A stretch of DNA of 64,000 nucleotides from the NCBI GenBank assembly GCA_964016885.1, contig OZ024741.1:409510001-409574000 (forward strand). The letters run 5' to 3'. Positions 11,501 through 22,980 of this stretch are shown here, piece after piece. Numbering within the stretch: position 1 is the stretch's first letter; each line of letters opens with the position of its first letter. The position numbers were made by a program, and so were the translations under genes. The notes below the pieces were generated by a model that worked only from the letters and a program-made list of their open reading frames with translations, had not been told where the DNA came from and ran no database searches. This DNA comes from Eledone cirrhosa. Taxonomy: Eukaryota.

Positions 11501-12502
11501 GATCTCAGGAAGCTTAATTAAGAATGTAGGATTCACATGCAGCAGCTGTGCTGAAACAGCAAGCAAACAGCCACAGGAAACAAGTACCACCAATCTCTGG
11601 GAGGGCCCTGTAGAAACAGTAGACAGCTTCTGCTATCTAGCTTCTGCTATTCGGTGACCGAATTAGCAACGGAGGTGGGTGCTCAGAAAGTACAATAACT
11701 AGGGTAAGAACGGGATGGAAGAAGTTTAGGGAACTACTACCACTGCTAGCTGCAAAAGGCTTCTCCCTCAGAATGAAAGGCAGACTGTATGATGCGTGTA
11801 TCCGAACAGCAATGTTGCATGGTAGTGAGACCTGGGCGCTGAAGGTGGAAGACTTACGTAGATTAGAGAGAAACGAAGCCTGCATGCTCCGATGGATGTG
11901 TAACAGTAATATACGTGAACGACAAAGCATAAAGGAATTGAGAGAGAGACTGAGCATAAGAGGAATCAAATGCTGCGTGCAGGAGAGGCGGTTACGCTGG
12001 TATGGACATGTGATGCGTATGAAGGATGACAGCTGCATAAAAAGGTGCAGAGCACTAGAAGTTGATGGAAACCGCGGAGTGGGGAGACCCAAGATGACTT
12101 GGGATGAGGTGATAAAAGCCGACCTTACCCAACTACACCTCTCAAAGACAATGACACACGACCGTGACTTCTGGCGTCACGCAGTAATACAGGGTACCCG
12201 ACCTCCCATGGGTACATGCTGAAGCATATAAACAATATGCCCCCACTCCCCCCACCGCAAAAAAGCACCCAGCCCACACTGTAAAGTGGACGTGTAGGCG
12301 CCACGAAAAAGCACCCAGCACTCACTGTAAATGAGGTTGGTGTTAGGAAGGGCATCCAGCTGTAGAAATCAAGCCAGATCAGTTCCTGTATGAGCAAGGC
12401 ATGGTCAGCCGACCAGACACTGCCCACAACAGGACAACCCGTCTAACCCATGCTAGCGTGGAAGAACGGACGTAAAACGGTGATGATGATGATGATGATG
12501 AT
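8560..12502 (+). mobile_element. near full-length RTE-clade LINE (family RTE-b)
   Basis: APE-RT ORF from 9090, 3' UTR at 12223-12480 and (TGA)n tail at 12481-12502. The 5' boundary is approximate. Confidence 0.93.
9090..12222 (+). pseudogene. RTE-b ORF: APE + RT + PHD finger, single frameshift near 11640
   Basis: An 855-aa ORF followed by a 149-aa ORF. The break is a short tandem duplication (agcttctgctatct-agcttctgctatt), where the copies at 13340 and 63211 read agcttctgctacctagg. Confidence 0.93.
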
Positions 12503-12525
12503 AGAATTAAGGAATTAAGGTTGGT

Positions 12526-12636
12526 TAGAAGGTAAGGATTGAATGAGGTCCTCGTATTTAACAAGCGATTAACAAAAATACAAGATTTGTTCTGTTCAAT
12601 ACAACAAAAACTCTCGTATTTAACAAGTAATAACAA
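12526..12636 (+). repeat. 111-bp direct repeat, copy 2
   Basis: Matches 8018-8128. Confidence 0.9.
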
Positions 12637-13059
12637 TATATATATATCCCTATATATAACTTTGATAGGTTTCGGCCAGTATTGGCCCAGGCCATGTCTA
12701 ACTTAATAACACCACCTGGCGACAAAAGATCATTGATGAAATAAATAGCAGATATGAAAATAAAAAATATACTGAAGTCAATATAACTGTACAATTCCCT
12801 TCAAGACAGTGCCCCTTCAAGACAGTGCCCCAGCATAGCCATGTCCCAAACCTATCAAAGTATATATAGATATATATACAGTAAAAACAATAGAACATTT
12901 CTTCATTACTTAAAGATTTTTAATCAGAGATGTCAAAATATATCTTTGGCAAGTGTTATCATTAGAAAATAGTTCTTTATTGATTAAAACATAAAAAAAG
13001 TTATATATAAATTACACACATACACACACACATATATATACACACACATATATATATAT

Positions 13060-14208
13060 ATGACAAAGACTAAGGTCCTTGTAAGTAGACGAGAAAACAG
13101 AACCCAGATCCCCTCAGGGAAATAGCCTTGCTCAGTATGTAGGAAAGGTGTAGGTAGGAACTCCATTCTCTGCCCCAAATGTAAACAATGGGTACACAAG
13201 AGATGTAGCGGGATCTCAGGAAGCTTAATTAAGAATGTAGGATTCACATGCAGCAGCTGTGCTGAAACAGCAAGCAGCAAACAGCCACAGGAAACAAGCA
13301 CCACCAATCTCTGGGAGGGCCCTGTAGAAACAGTAGACAGCTTCTGCTACCTAGGTGACTGAATTAACAGCAGAAGTGGGTGTTCAGAAAGTACAATAAC
13401 TAGGGTAAGAACGGGATGGAAGAAGTTTAGGGAACTACTACCACTGCTAGCTGCAAAAGGCTTCTCCCTCAGAATGAAAGGCAGACTGTATGATGCGTGT
13501 ATCCGAACAGCAATGTTACATGGTAGTGAGACCTGGGCGCTGAAGGTGGAAGACTTACGTGGATTAGAAAAAAAACGAAGCCTGCATGCTCCGATGGATG
13601 TGTAACAGTAATATACGTGAACGACAAAGCATAAATGAATTGAGAGAGAGACTGAGCATAAGAGGAATCAAATGCTGTGTGCAGGAGAGGCGGTTGCGTT
13701 GGTATGGACATGTGATGCGTATGAAGGATGACAGCTGCATAAAAAGGTGCAGAGCACTAGAAGTCAATGGAAACCGCGGAGTGGGAAGACCCAAGAAGAC
13801 GTGGGATGAGATGATAAAAGCCGACCTTACCCAATTACACCTCTCAAAGGCGATGACACACGACCGTGACCTCTGGCGTCACGCAGTAATACAGAGTACC
13901 CGACCTCCCATGGGTACATGCTGAAGCATATAAACAATATGCCCCCACTCCCCCCACCGCAAAAAAGCACCCAGCCCACACTGTAAAGTGGACGTGTAGG
14001 CGCCACGAAAAAAGCACCCAGCACTCACTGTAAATGAGGTTGGTGTTAGGAAGGGCATCCAGCTGTAGAAATCAAGCCAAAATCAGTTCCTGTATGAGCA
14101 AGGCATGGTCAGCCGACCAGACACTGCCCACAACAGGACAACCCGTCTAACCCATGCTAGCGTGGAAGAACGGACGTAAAATGGTGATGATGATGATGAT
14201 GATGATGA
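13060..14208 (+). mobile_element. 5'-truncated RTE-b copy
   Basis: Near-identical to 11349-12500. Starts in a (TA)n tract, carries a TGG>TAG stop and a frameshift, and ends in (TGA)n. Confidence 0.95.
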
Positions 14209-14223
14209 TATACATACATACAT

Positions 14224-14263
<40 letters not shown>

Positions 14264-14293
14264 ACATACATACACACACACACACACATATAT

Positions 14294-14336
<43 letters not shown>

Positions 14337-14364
14337 CATACATACACACAAACCTATACATATA

Positions 14365-14486
14365 TAGCCAAAATCGGTTCTGTATAAGCAAGACATGGTT
14401 ACCTGACCTGGCATTGCTCACAACAGGATAACTTGTCTAACCCATGCCAACATGGAAAATGGACGTTAAAAGGTGTTGAGGATGAT
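14365..14486 (+). mobile_element. old RTE 3'-tail fragment
   Basis: Degenerate match to the RTE-b terminus (tctaacccatgccaacatggaaaatggacgttaaa). Confidence 0.7.
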
Positions 14487-14500
14487 ATATATATATATAT

Positions 14501-14821
14501 TGTCATACTTTGGGAGGGTCACACTGCCAATAGAAACACATGCACCTGTTGGTTTGATAACTAGAAGGTTGTTTATATATTGTCAAAGCTCTTTTGTTTT
14601 TGACACAAAAACAAAATGGTGTAGGACAGAACAAAAGAGAGACACAAAATAAAAACCTAGTCACTGAGAAGGTCACGGAATGTGTGACGAAAGAACTTTG
14701 ACAATATATAAATAACCATCTAGTTTTCAAACCACCCAACCAGAAATTTATAGTAGATTGAAGTGAAAACCAACTGGTGCATGTGTTTTTATTGGCAGCA
14801 TGACCCACCCAAAGTATAACA
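14501..14821. mobile_element. foldback MITE with ~100-bp TIRs, TGT...ACA ends and an apparent ATAT TSD (Ginger-like)
   Basis: tgtcatactttgggagggtc...gtcaaagctctt is the imperfect inverse of aaagaactttgac...cccaaagtataaca. The right arm carries a ~36-bp insertion. Confidence 0.8.
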
Positions 14822-14894
14822 ATATCTGTTTCAACACACGTTTTCAGATAAGAAATCTTGCAAAACAAATTCAAAAACAATATATATATATATA

Positions 14895-15373
14895 CACAAA
14901 GCCAGTCAAATTTCATCCCATTAACATAAGGGTTAGATTTTTCTAATATACTCTATTTAATGGGAAAAGATGAGCTACTATTTTTAAGGCTCCATACTTG
15001 GTTTCTGAGCTGAGTGGCATGTTTCTTGTCAGGATGTCTGAAGGTTGTTTTGTGGTTCAAGTATCAGCTTTAGAACCACCTCTTAGACATTCCGACATAG
15101 TTCCAGGCTTCAGTTTGGTGGTTCTGGTTGGTGGTGGTCACTTTTGCTTGATATATCACCACTGGGTGTTGCACTGCTGATCTACTGAGTATGTCTCTCA
15201 CCTTCTACATGAGCAGCCGTAAGGTGATGTGAGCTGTTATTGCTACACGAGTAGCGTATTTTCAATATAGGCTGATTTAAACAAAATTCAGCCATCCTGA
15301 CAAAAAGCATTAAATGAAGTATATTAGAAAAATCTACCCCTTATGTTAATGGGATGAAATTTTGCTGGCTATG
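14895..15373. mobile_element. non-autonomous Tc1/mariner-like TIR element
   Basis: ~65-bp TIRs (agccagtcaaatttcatcccattaacataaggg... / ...cccttatgttaatgggatgaaattttgctggct), TA-flanked, with CA...TG ends. Confidence 0.8.
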
Positions 15374-15437
15374 TAACTCAGAAAAGTGGAATGTACTCTC
15401 ACAACTGGCTTCAGAGAAACACTGTTTAAATACTCAC

Positions 15438-15479
15438 CTTGACTGCTTTAGTCGCTGTTCACACAAAGCAAAATTCATT
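15438..15479 (-). CDS. candidate 42-nt exon (MNFALCEQRLKQS)
   Basis: ttttcttag|AATG...CAAG|gtgagt. Both splice sites match consensus and only one frame is open. No homology recognised. Confidence 0.3.
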
Positions 15480-15830
15480 CTAAGAAAATGGTATAGACCA
15501 GACTAATTTGAATTTCAAGGAATTTGATCTCTGAATTACTAACTTAGCACAAGTTTCCTACCTTTGTGATAGTTACCTCACTTTACACTAAAATTTGTGT
15601 TTATTTATAGCTAAATTCTAAATTACCTTGAAGAGCTCTCATGTATTTTTTTAAAAACCTCCAATCAACCAGTGGAGGTAGCCATTTTCTTTTTATATTA
15701 CAGGCTGAATGCATTGCGGTGTATAACCTGATATGTCATTGTTGTAACTAATTATACTTAACTTCATCCTATGGACTGGGTGCTCTTACCCTTGGATATT
15801 TCTAGCAAACTTATACTACAGTATGTATGT

Positions 15831-16158
15831 CATGATCATCATCATCATCATCATCATTTTACGTCCGCTTTTCCCTGCTTGCAAGGGTGGGACGGGTCTT
15901 ATTCAGCACAGCATCTCTCCACTCGTCACGGTCCCTCGTCATCTCCACCGTGAGCTTCAATGATCTGAGGTCTGTTCTCACCACCTCCGCCCATGTTTTT
16001 CGTGGTCTACCTCTACCACGTCTTCCTTCAACTGGCATTTCCTGGCACTTCTTCACCCATCGGTCATCCTCCATGCGCATCACATGTCCATACCACCTCA
16101 GTCTCCTCTCCCGTACACTACATTCTATCCCTCTCAGACACAGTTTCTCTCTCAACAC

Positions 16159-16160
<2 letters not shown>
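15831..16160 (-). mobile_element. 3' fragment of RTE family RTE-c
   Basis: RERRLRWYGHVMRM..GRPRKTW..TRPTLASREKRT* followed by a (TGA)n tail. The 5' end lies in (TA)n. Confidence 0.9.
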
Positions 16161-16245
<85 letters not shown>

Positions 16246-16482
16246 AGTCATTCTTTTCCTTTTTTACAAATATATATATATATATATATTTGTAAAAAAG
16301 GAAAAGAATGACTTCACTTGTAGTTCTAAATACTTTGATTTAATTTTATATTATAATATTTTATATTATAATATTATGAGTTGGTAGATCTAGTAAGTTC
16401 TTTGTTAACTTCGGTGGGAAGAATTTTAAAGATTCTTGGAGAACTTTCTCGCATTCATTGGTGGTGATTGTCAAACTGATAT

Positions 16483-16519
<37 letters not shown>

Positions 16520-16704
16520 CAATATAGAAATGTCTTCTACAGAACTAGAACTGTTTAATTGTGTGGGTGTACAAATATAGATCCAACAACCTTTAATTGT
16601 TAAATATTTCCAATAAAAGTGATGAGGAAGCAGGCAAGATTTTAGTGTAACTGCAGAATCATAAAAATCACAGGTATATAATTATTTTTTCATCACAGAA
16701 CTCG

Positions 16705-16932
16705 TTAACCTTTTCAGTACGAATGAAATACACTGTATTTTTACTAATCAACAAAGAATTTCAAAATAATTACATAAATAATTATTTAATTCATAATTAA
16801 GATGGTATTTTTAAGATAATTTAACAAAAGGTTCTTATATCAAATTATGTTGGAAGGTTTTAATTGAAATAAGAAGTCATTAAACCGATTGTCTCTTTAG
16901 AAATAGAGGTGGGGTTGGTATCAAAAGAGTCA
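16705..16932. mobile_element. degenerate piggyBac-like MITE
   Basis: Imperfect TIRs with TTAA-like ends: ttaaccttttcagtac ... ggtatcaaaagagtcaa. Confidence 0.35.
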
Positions 16933-17540
16933 ATAAACTAGCTACACGTTTGCCAAAATTTCTGGTTTTTGTGCCTAAGCTATAATGTTGCTATATAAGT
17001 TCAGAACACCCAATGGAACAAGGGTTGAGTATATCTAGATCATTTCATATAAAACTCCAAATGTGTTTGAGGACAGGTTCAAGTAAGATCTCTAAGAAGC
17101 TACTTAGGCGATGTCTCTCAAATTAAGCCGACTATAATGAGTCCTAGTTTTAAATTAATTAGCGATTTAAAACAATTGCTTTCTGCCTTTTTGTATGTCT
17201 TATTAATTACCAGGTCATTAATATGAAATATCCGATTTCAAATTGAAGGTGAATGAGGAAATCGGTCATTTTATAATTAAGGAACTAATACTTTATTGTT
17301 GTGCATTTTAGGTAGTCCACAGATATCTTCTATTTGTATTTGTCATTGTTGTGGTCTTCTACTATGGCTACATACACCTAGTCAATATATTCATGGTGTC
17401 ACACTTATATAACTTTATGTGTTAACTCAGGGTAAGAAATGTATAAACTTTTCGTACCATCAAGTGCTTTGTGACTACCTCAAATAATTTTATTGATATC
17501 TTCCCTTTCAGAGCTACAACTTTGATTTAGACTTAATATA

Positions 17541-17571
<31 letters not shown>

Positions 17572-17863
17572 CATCTAACCCATGTTAGCATGGAAAATGG
17601 ATGTAGACATTATGGAATCAGAGAACCTTTTAGCCATTTTAATACTAAATCACATGAAAGCAACCTTGGTTCTCAAATACAAAACTGTTTTAGACTGTTT
17701 ATCATTATCATCATCATCACCTAGAGACTTTCCATCATAATTTTATATCAGAGCCTTTCTAAAGTTATGTTCCAAACACCAGCTCAATAATGAGAAAGTT
17801 GGTTGTATTACTAAATCCCTCCAAATTCTTAATTATTTTCAAAAACGTAGATGATGATGAAAT

Positions 17864-18186
17864 ATTAGAAATATGGTAATGAAAGGGTTAAACAACATAG
17901 ACAGTGTCTTTCATTAGAAATATGGTAATGAAAGGGTTAAACAACATAGACAGTGTCTTTCATTAGAAATATGGTAATGAAAGGGTTAAACAACATAGAC
18001 AGTGTCTTTCATTAGAAATATGGTAATGAAAGGGTTAAACAACATAGACAGTGTCTTTCATTAGAAATATGGTAATGAAAGGGTTAAACAACATAGACAG
18101 TGTTTTACATTAGAAATATGGTAATGAAAGGGTTAAACAACATAGACAGTGTCTTTCATTAGAAATATAGAAACAGAAGGGTTAAG
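17864..18186. repeat. 49-bp minisatellite (6 full copies + partial) in the heparanase 3' UTR
   Basis: attagaaatatggtaatgaaagggttaaacaacatagacagtgtctttc at 17864, 17913, 17962, 18011, 18060 and 18109. Confidence 0.95.
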
Positions 18187-18191
18187 TAGTT

Positions 18192-18348
18192 CTAAGTGTA
18201 ACAAGCCTTTGCATTAGCATTAGGCAACACTATAAATCCAAATGTAAGTGGTGGTACAACAACTGGTTGTTTCTGTATCTTTGGTCTAAAAGAAGGTAAT
18301 TCATTATTGTTTGATAACCGAAGTGGAGTTCCATTTAACTTGACATTT
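18192..18348 (-). CDS. HPSE: heparanase-like (GH79) gene, final coding exon
   Basis: ttatttttcag|A AAT GTC gives NVKLNGTPLRLSNNNELPSFRPKIQKQPVVVPPLTFGFIVLPNANAKACYT*. This matches the heparanase C-terminus pattern V.LNG..L......LP......P..F.F.V..NA...AC. Confidence 0.88.
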
Positions 18349-18756
18349 CTGAAAAATAACAAATATTTATTTAAAACTACAAATAAATTGATACACATAA
18401 AATATTCAAAGCCTATATATATGATGGTTGCAACTCCATTTCGAGTAATGCCATCACTTGATATTTAAGCAGATGTGGCTTTGGGGATTGCCTATGGCCA
18501 GCAACAGCATACATCGCAAAAAATATCATATATCAAGCGATGCCAGTACTTGAAGCTTTTTTAAGTGAGGAAAGACTTTGTACAGGGCCAATCCCACTCT
18601 CTGAACATTGAATGCATTTACCCAAAAAGAACTGGTCTACATCATTGAATGTAAACGAAGTCGCAAGTTTTATATCAGAGTCACCTTCTCCTAGATAGAT
18701 GTCTTAATGAAAACTAGGAGTCTCTCGCTCCACTAATGATGATATATATATATATA

Positions 18757-19020
18757 TCATCATCATCCTTTAAACGTCTATCTTCCATGCTAGCATGGGT
18801 TAGACGGGAGTTGTCCTCCTTGAAGAAAGATTGGTCAGGTGACCGTGCCTCGCTCATATAGGACTCTCTTGTATCATCATCACCACTTTTCCCTGCTTGC
18901 AAGGGTGGGACGGGAACTGATTCTGGCTTGATTTCTACAGCTGGATGCCCTTCCTAACACCAACCTCATTTACAGTGAGTGCTGGGTGCTTTTTTGCCGT
19001 GGCACCTCCACGACCACTTT
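18757..19020 (-). mobile_element. cluster of three RTE 3'-end fragments (RTE-b-like tail, RTE-c tail, RTE-b UTR)
   Basis: (CAT)n tails at 18757 and 18873, and a ggatgcccttcctaacaccaac box near 18945. Confidence 0.75.
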
Positions 19021-19059
19021 GTAGTGGAGTAATAGAGACCCCAGTCCCTATCATCTCAT

Positions 19060-19197
19060 TTCTACAGCTGGGTAAACTGGAGCAATGTGAAATAAAGTGT
19101 CTTGCTCAAGGAAACAACACATCACCCGGTCTGAGAATTGAACTCACAACCTTTCGATTGCAAGGCCAATGCTGTAACCACTAAGCCATGTGCCTCC
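19060..19197 (-). mobile_element. tRNA-derived SINE
   Basis: A-box TGGCTTAGTGG, B-box-like GAGTTCAATTC and core CCTTGAGCAAGACACTTTA. Confidence 0.8.
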
Positions 19198-19750
19198 ATA
19201 TATGTGTGTATATATATATATACACACACACATATATACACACATATATATATACACATTCTAAATTGCTGTCTAATTGCCTGTTGGCATTTAATGTCCA
19301 GAAAGGTTTTAAGCACTACCATTGTTTACTATCACACTGTATTGGCTATGGTACCTGGAGACCAGAGCAGAATGCTGCCATTCTATTCTGCAGCAATTCA
19401 AGACAGATTTTCTCTAATAACTAATTTTTTCACTTCACTCAAGAGTTTATAAGAACACCGTTAAAAGTAAAAAAGTAAATTTTGATAAGAACGCATGTTT
19501 ATAAATAAAAACGTAATAAAACAAATGGAAATAACTCCAAGATGTAAATTTGAATTTTGAGATCAACCACGTGTTTGTGTTTGTATATTATAGCAGAAGT
19601 ATATTGTTTAATAGCTTGAGTAGGGTCTTATACACAAAATGGTAAACATCTAGTTGATTTATATTAACATCATGAAAAACTGGATATTATAGTGAATATA
19701 TGTGCGAGATACAGATTTTCATGAATAAGATAACATACAAATTAATATTT

Positions 19751-19951
19751 ACATAGACATAGCTATACCCTGGGGTCATTTTATACACAAGGATATAATA
19801 TATTCACACATTTCTATAGTTTCAGAATCAGGGGACGTAATATTTACATAGACTTAGGTTTACTCCGAGGTTATATATAAGGATGTAGTTTATTCCTGTT
19901 ATTTAATTTCAGAAATAAGGGACATAATAATTACATAGACATGGCTGTACT
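19751..19951. repeat. degenerate ~90-bp ancestral tandem repeat
   Basis: acatagac...ggtt..ata..aaggat...ttcagaa units start at 19751, 19846 and 19933. Unit tails recur at ~20245-20310 and ~22895-22950. Confidence 0.7.
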
Positions 19952-20197
19952 CTGGGGTTATATAATCAATATCAATAGGTCACACTACTTACAAGGATCC
20001 CTGGGGTTATATAATCAATATCAATAGGTCACACTACTTACAAGGATTCCTGGGGTTATATAATCAATATCAATAGGTCACACTACTTACAAGGATCCCT
20101 GGGGTTATATAATCAATATCAATAGGTCACACTACTTACAAGGATTCCTGGGGTTATATAATCAATATCAATAGGTCACACTACTTGCAAGGATTCC
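19952..20197. repeat. 49-bp minisatellite, 5 copies
   Basis: ctggggttatataatcaatatcaataggtcacactacttacaaggat(c/t)c at 19952, 20001, 20050, 20099 and 20148. Confidence 0.95.
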
Positions 20198-20309
20198 CGT
20201 CACTCTCTGTCACCATCCAATTCTATTGTTCGTCATATTTGGTATATTATACACAAGGATATAATTTACTCCCATTTTTTTAGAATCAAAAACAAGGGTT
20301 GAAATATTC

Positions 20310-22897
20310 ACATAGACATGGCTGTACTCTGGGGTTACATTATACATAGACATGGCTGTACTCTGGTGTTACAATATACACAGACATGGCTGTACTCTGG
20401 GGTTATATTATACACAGACATGGCTGTACTCTGGGGTTATATTATACACAGACATGGCTGTACTCTGGGGTTACATTATACACAGACATGGCTGTACTCT
20501 GGGGTTATATTATACACAGACATGGCTGTACTCTGGGGTTACATTATACACAGACATGGCTGTACTCTGGGGTTATATTATACATAGACATGGCTGTACT
20601 CTGGGGTTACATTATACACAGACATGGCTGTACTCTGGGGTTACATTATACACAGACATGGCTGTACTCTGGGGTTACATTATACACAGACATGGCTGTA
20701 CTCTGGGGTTATATTATACACAGACATGGCTGTACTCTGGGGTTACATTATACATAGACATGGCTGTACTCTGGGGTTATATTATACACAGACATGGCTG
20801 TACTCTGGTGTTACATTATACATAGACATGGCTGTACTCTGGGGTTATATTATACACAGACATGGCTGTACTCTGGTGTTACATTATACATAGACATGGC
20901 TGTACTCTGGGGTTATATTATACATAGACATGGCTGTACTCTGGGGTTATATTATACACAGACATGGCTGTACTCTGGTGTTACATTATACACAGACATG
21001 GCTGTACTCTGGGGTTATATTATACACAGACATGGCTGTACTCTGGGGTTATATTATACACAGACATGGCTGTACTCTGGTGTTACATTATACATAGACA
21101 TGGCTGTACTCTGGGGTTATATTATACATAGACATGGCTGTACTCTGGGGTTACATTATACACAGACATGGCTGTACTCTGGTGTTACATTATACACAGA
21201 CATGGCTGTACTCTGGGGTTACATTATACACAGACATGGCTGTACTCTGGGGTTACATTATACACAGACATGGCTGTACTCTGGGGTTATATTATACATA
21301 GACATGGCTGTACTCTGGGGTTACATTATACACAGACATGGCTGTACTCTGGGGTTACATTATACACAGAGATGGCTGTACTCTGGGGTTATATTATACA
21401 CAGACATGGCTGTACTCTGGGGTTATATTATACATAGACATGGCTGTACTCTGGGGTTATATTATACACAGACATGGCTGTACTCTTGGGTTATATTATA
21501 CACAGACATGGCTGTACTCTGGTGTTACATTATACACAGACATGGCTGTACTCTGGTGTTACATTATACACAGACATGGCTGTACTCTGGGGTTATATTA
21601 TACATAGACATGGCTGTACTCTGGGGTTATATTATACATAGACATGGCTGTACTCTGGGGTTACATTATACACAGACATGGCTGTACTCTGGGGTTATAT
21701 TATACACAGACATGGCTGTACTCTGGGGTTATATTATACACAGACATGGCTGTACTCTGGGGTTACATTATACACAGACATGGCTGTACTCTGGGGTTAT
21801 ATTATACATAGACATGGCTGTACTCTGGGGTTATATTATACATAGACATGGCTGTACTCTGGGGTTACATTATACACAGACATGGCTGTACTCTGGGGTT
21901 ACATTATACACAGACATGGCTGTACTCTGGGGTTATATTATACATAGACATGGCTGTACTCTGGGGTTACATTATACACAGACATGGCTGTACTCTGGGG
22001 TTATATTATACACAGACATGGCTGTACTCTGGGGTTACATTATACACAGACATGGCTGTACTCTGGGGTTACATTATACACAGACATGGCTGTACTCTGG
22101 GGTTATATTATACATAGACATGGCTGTACTCTGGGGTTATATTATACATAGACATGGCTGTACTCTGGGGTTACATTATACACAGACATGGCTGTACTCT
22201 GGGGTTATATTATACATAGACATGGCTGTACTCTGGGGTTATATTATACATAGACATGGCTGTACTCTGGGGTTACATTATACACAGACATGGCTGTACT
22301 CTGGGGTTATATTATACACAGACATGGCTGTACTCTGGGGTTATATTATACATAGACATGGCTGTACTCTGGGGTTACATTATACACAGACATGGCTGTA
22401 CTCTGGGGTTATATTATACACAGACATGACTGTACTCTGGGGTTACATTATACACAGACATGGCTGTACTCTGGGGTTATATTATACATAGACATGGCTG
22501 TACTCTGGGGTTATATTATACACAGACATGGCTGTACTCTGGGGTTACATTATACACAGACATGGCTGTACTCTGGGGTTATATTATACATAGACATGGC
22601 TGTACTCTGGGGTTATATTATACACAGACATGGCTGTACTCTGTGGTTATATTATACATAGACATGGCTGTACTCTGGGGTTATATTATACATAGACATG
22701 GCTGTACTCTGGGGTTATATTATACACAGACATGGCTGTACTCTGTGGTTATATTATACATAGACATGGCTGTACTCTGGTGTTACATTATACATAGACA
22801 TGGCTGTACTCTGGGGTTATATTATACACAGACATGGCTGTACTCTGGGGTTATATTATACATAGACATGGCTGTACTCTGGGGTTATATTATACAC
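20310..22897. repeat. 34-bp minisatellite, ~76 copies (last heparanase intron)
   Basis: ca(c/t)agacatggctgtactctgg(g/t)gtta(c/t)attata. Confidence 0.98.
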
Positions 22898-22980
22898 AAG
22901 GATGTAGTTTACTCCTATTTCTAAGCTTCAGAAACAGGTGGTATAATACTTAAAGAAATATGGTAGACTGTATGACTTAC

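Noticed and set aside
16316-16476. Minus-strand open frame LTITTNECEKVLQESLKFFPP...
   Set aside because: Splice signals are weak and no homology is recognised.
19100-19197. tRNA gene
   Set aside because: A and B boxes are present, but no convincing cloverleaf. It continues into a SINE core shared with 2640-2742.
17864-20197. Two 49-bp minisatellites as one related system
   Set aside because: The units share no sequence, so the equal length is treated as coincidence.
20310-22897. CRISPR-like regular 34-bp repeats (also the two 49-bp arrays)
   Set aside because: Units are contiguous with no unique spacers, there are no cas genes, and the context is eukaryotic.
20318-22924. Repetitive MAVLWGYIIHRHGC ORFs
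   Set aside because: These are translations of the 34-bp minisatellite in every frame, antisense to the host intron.
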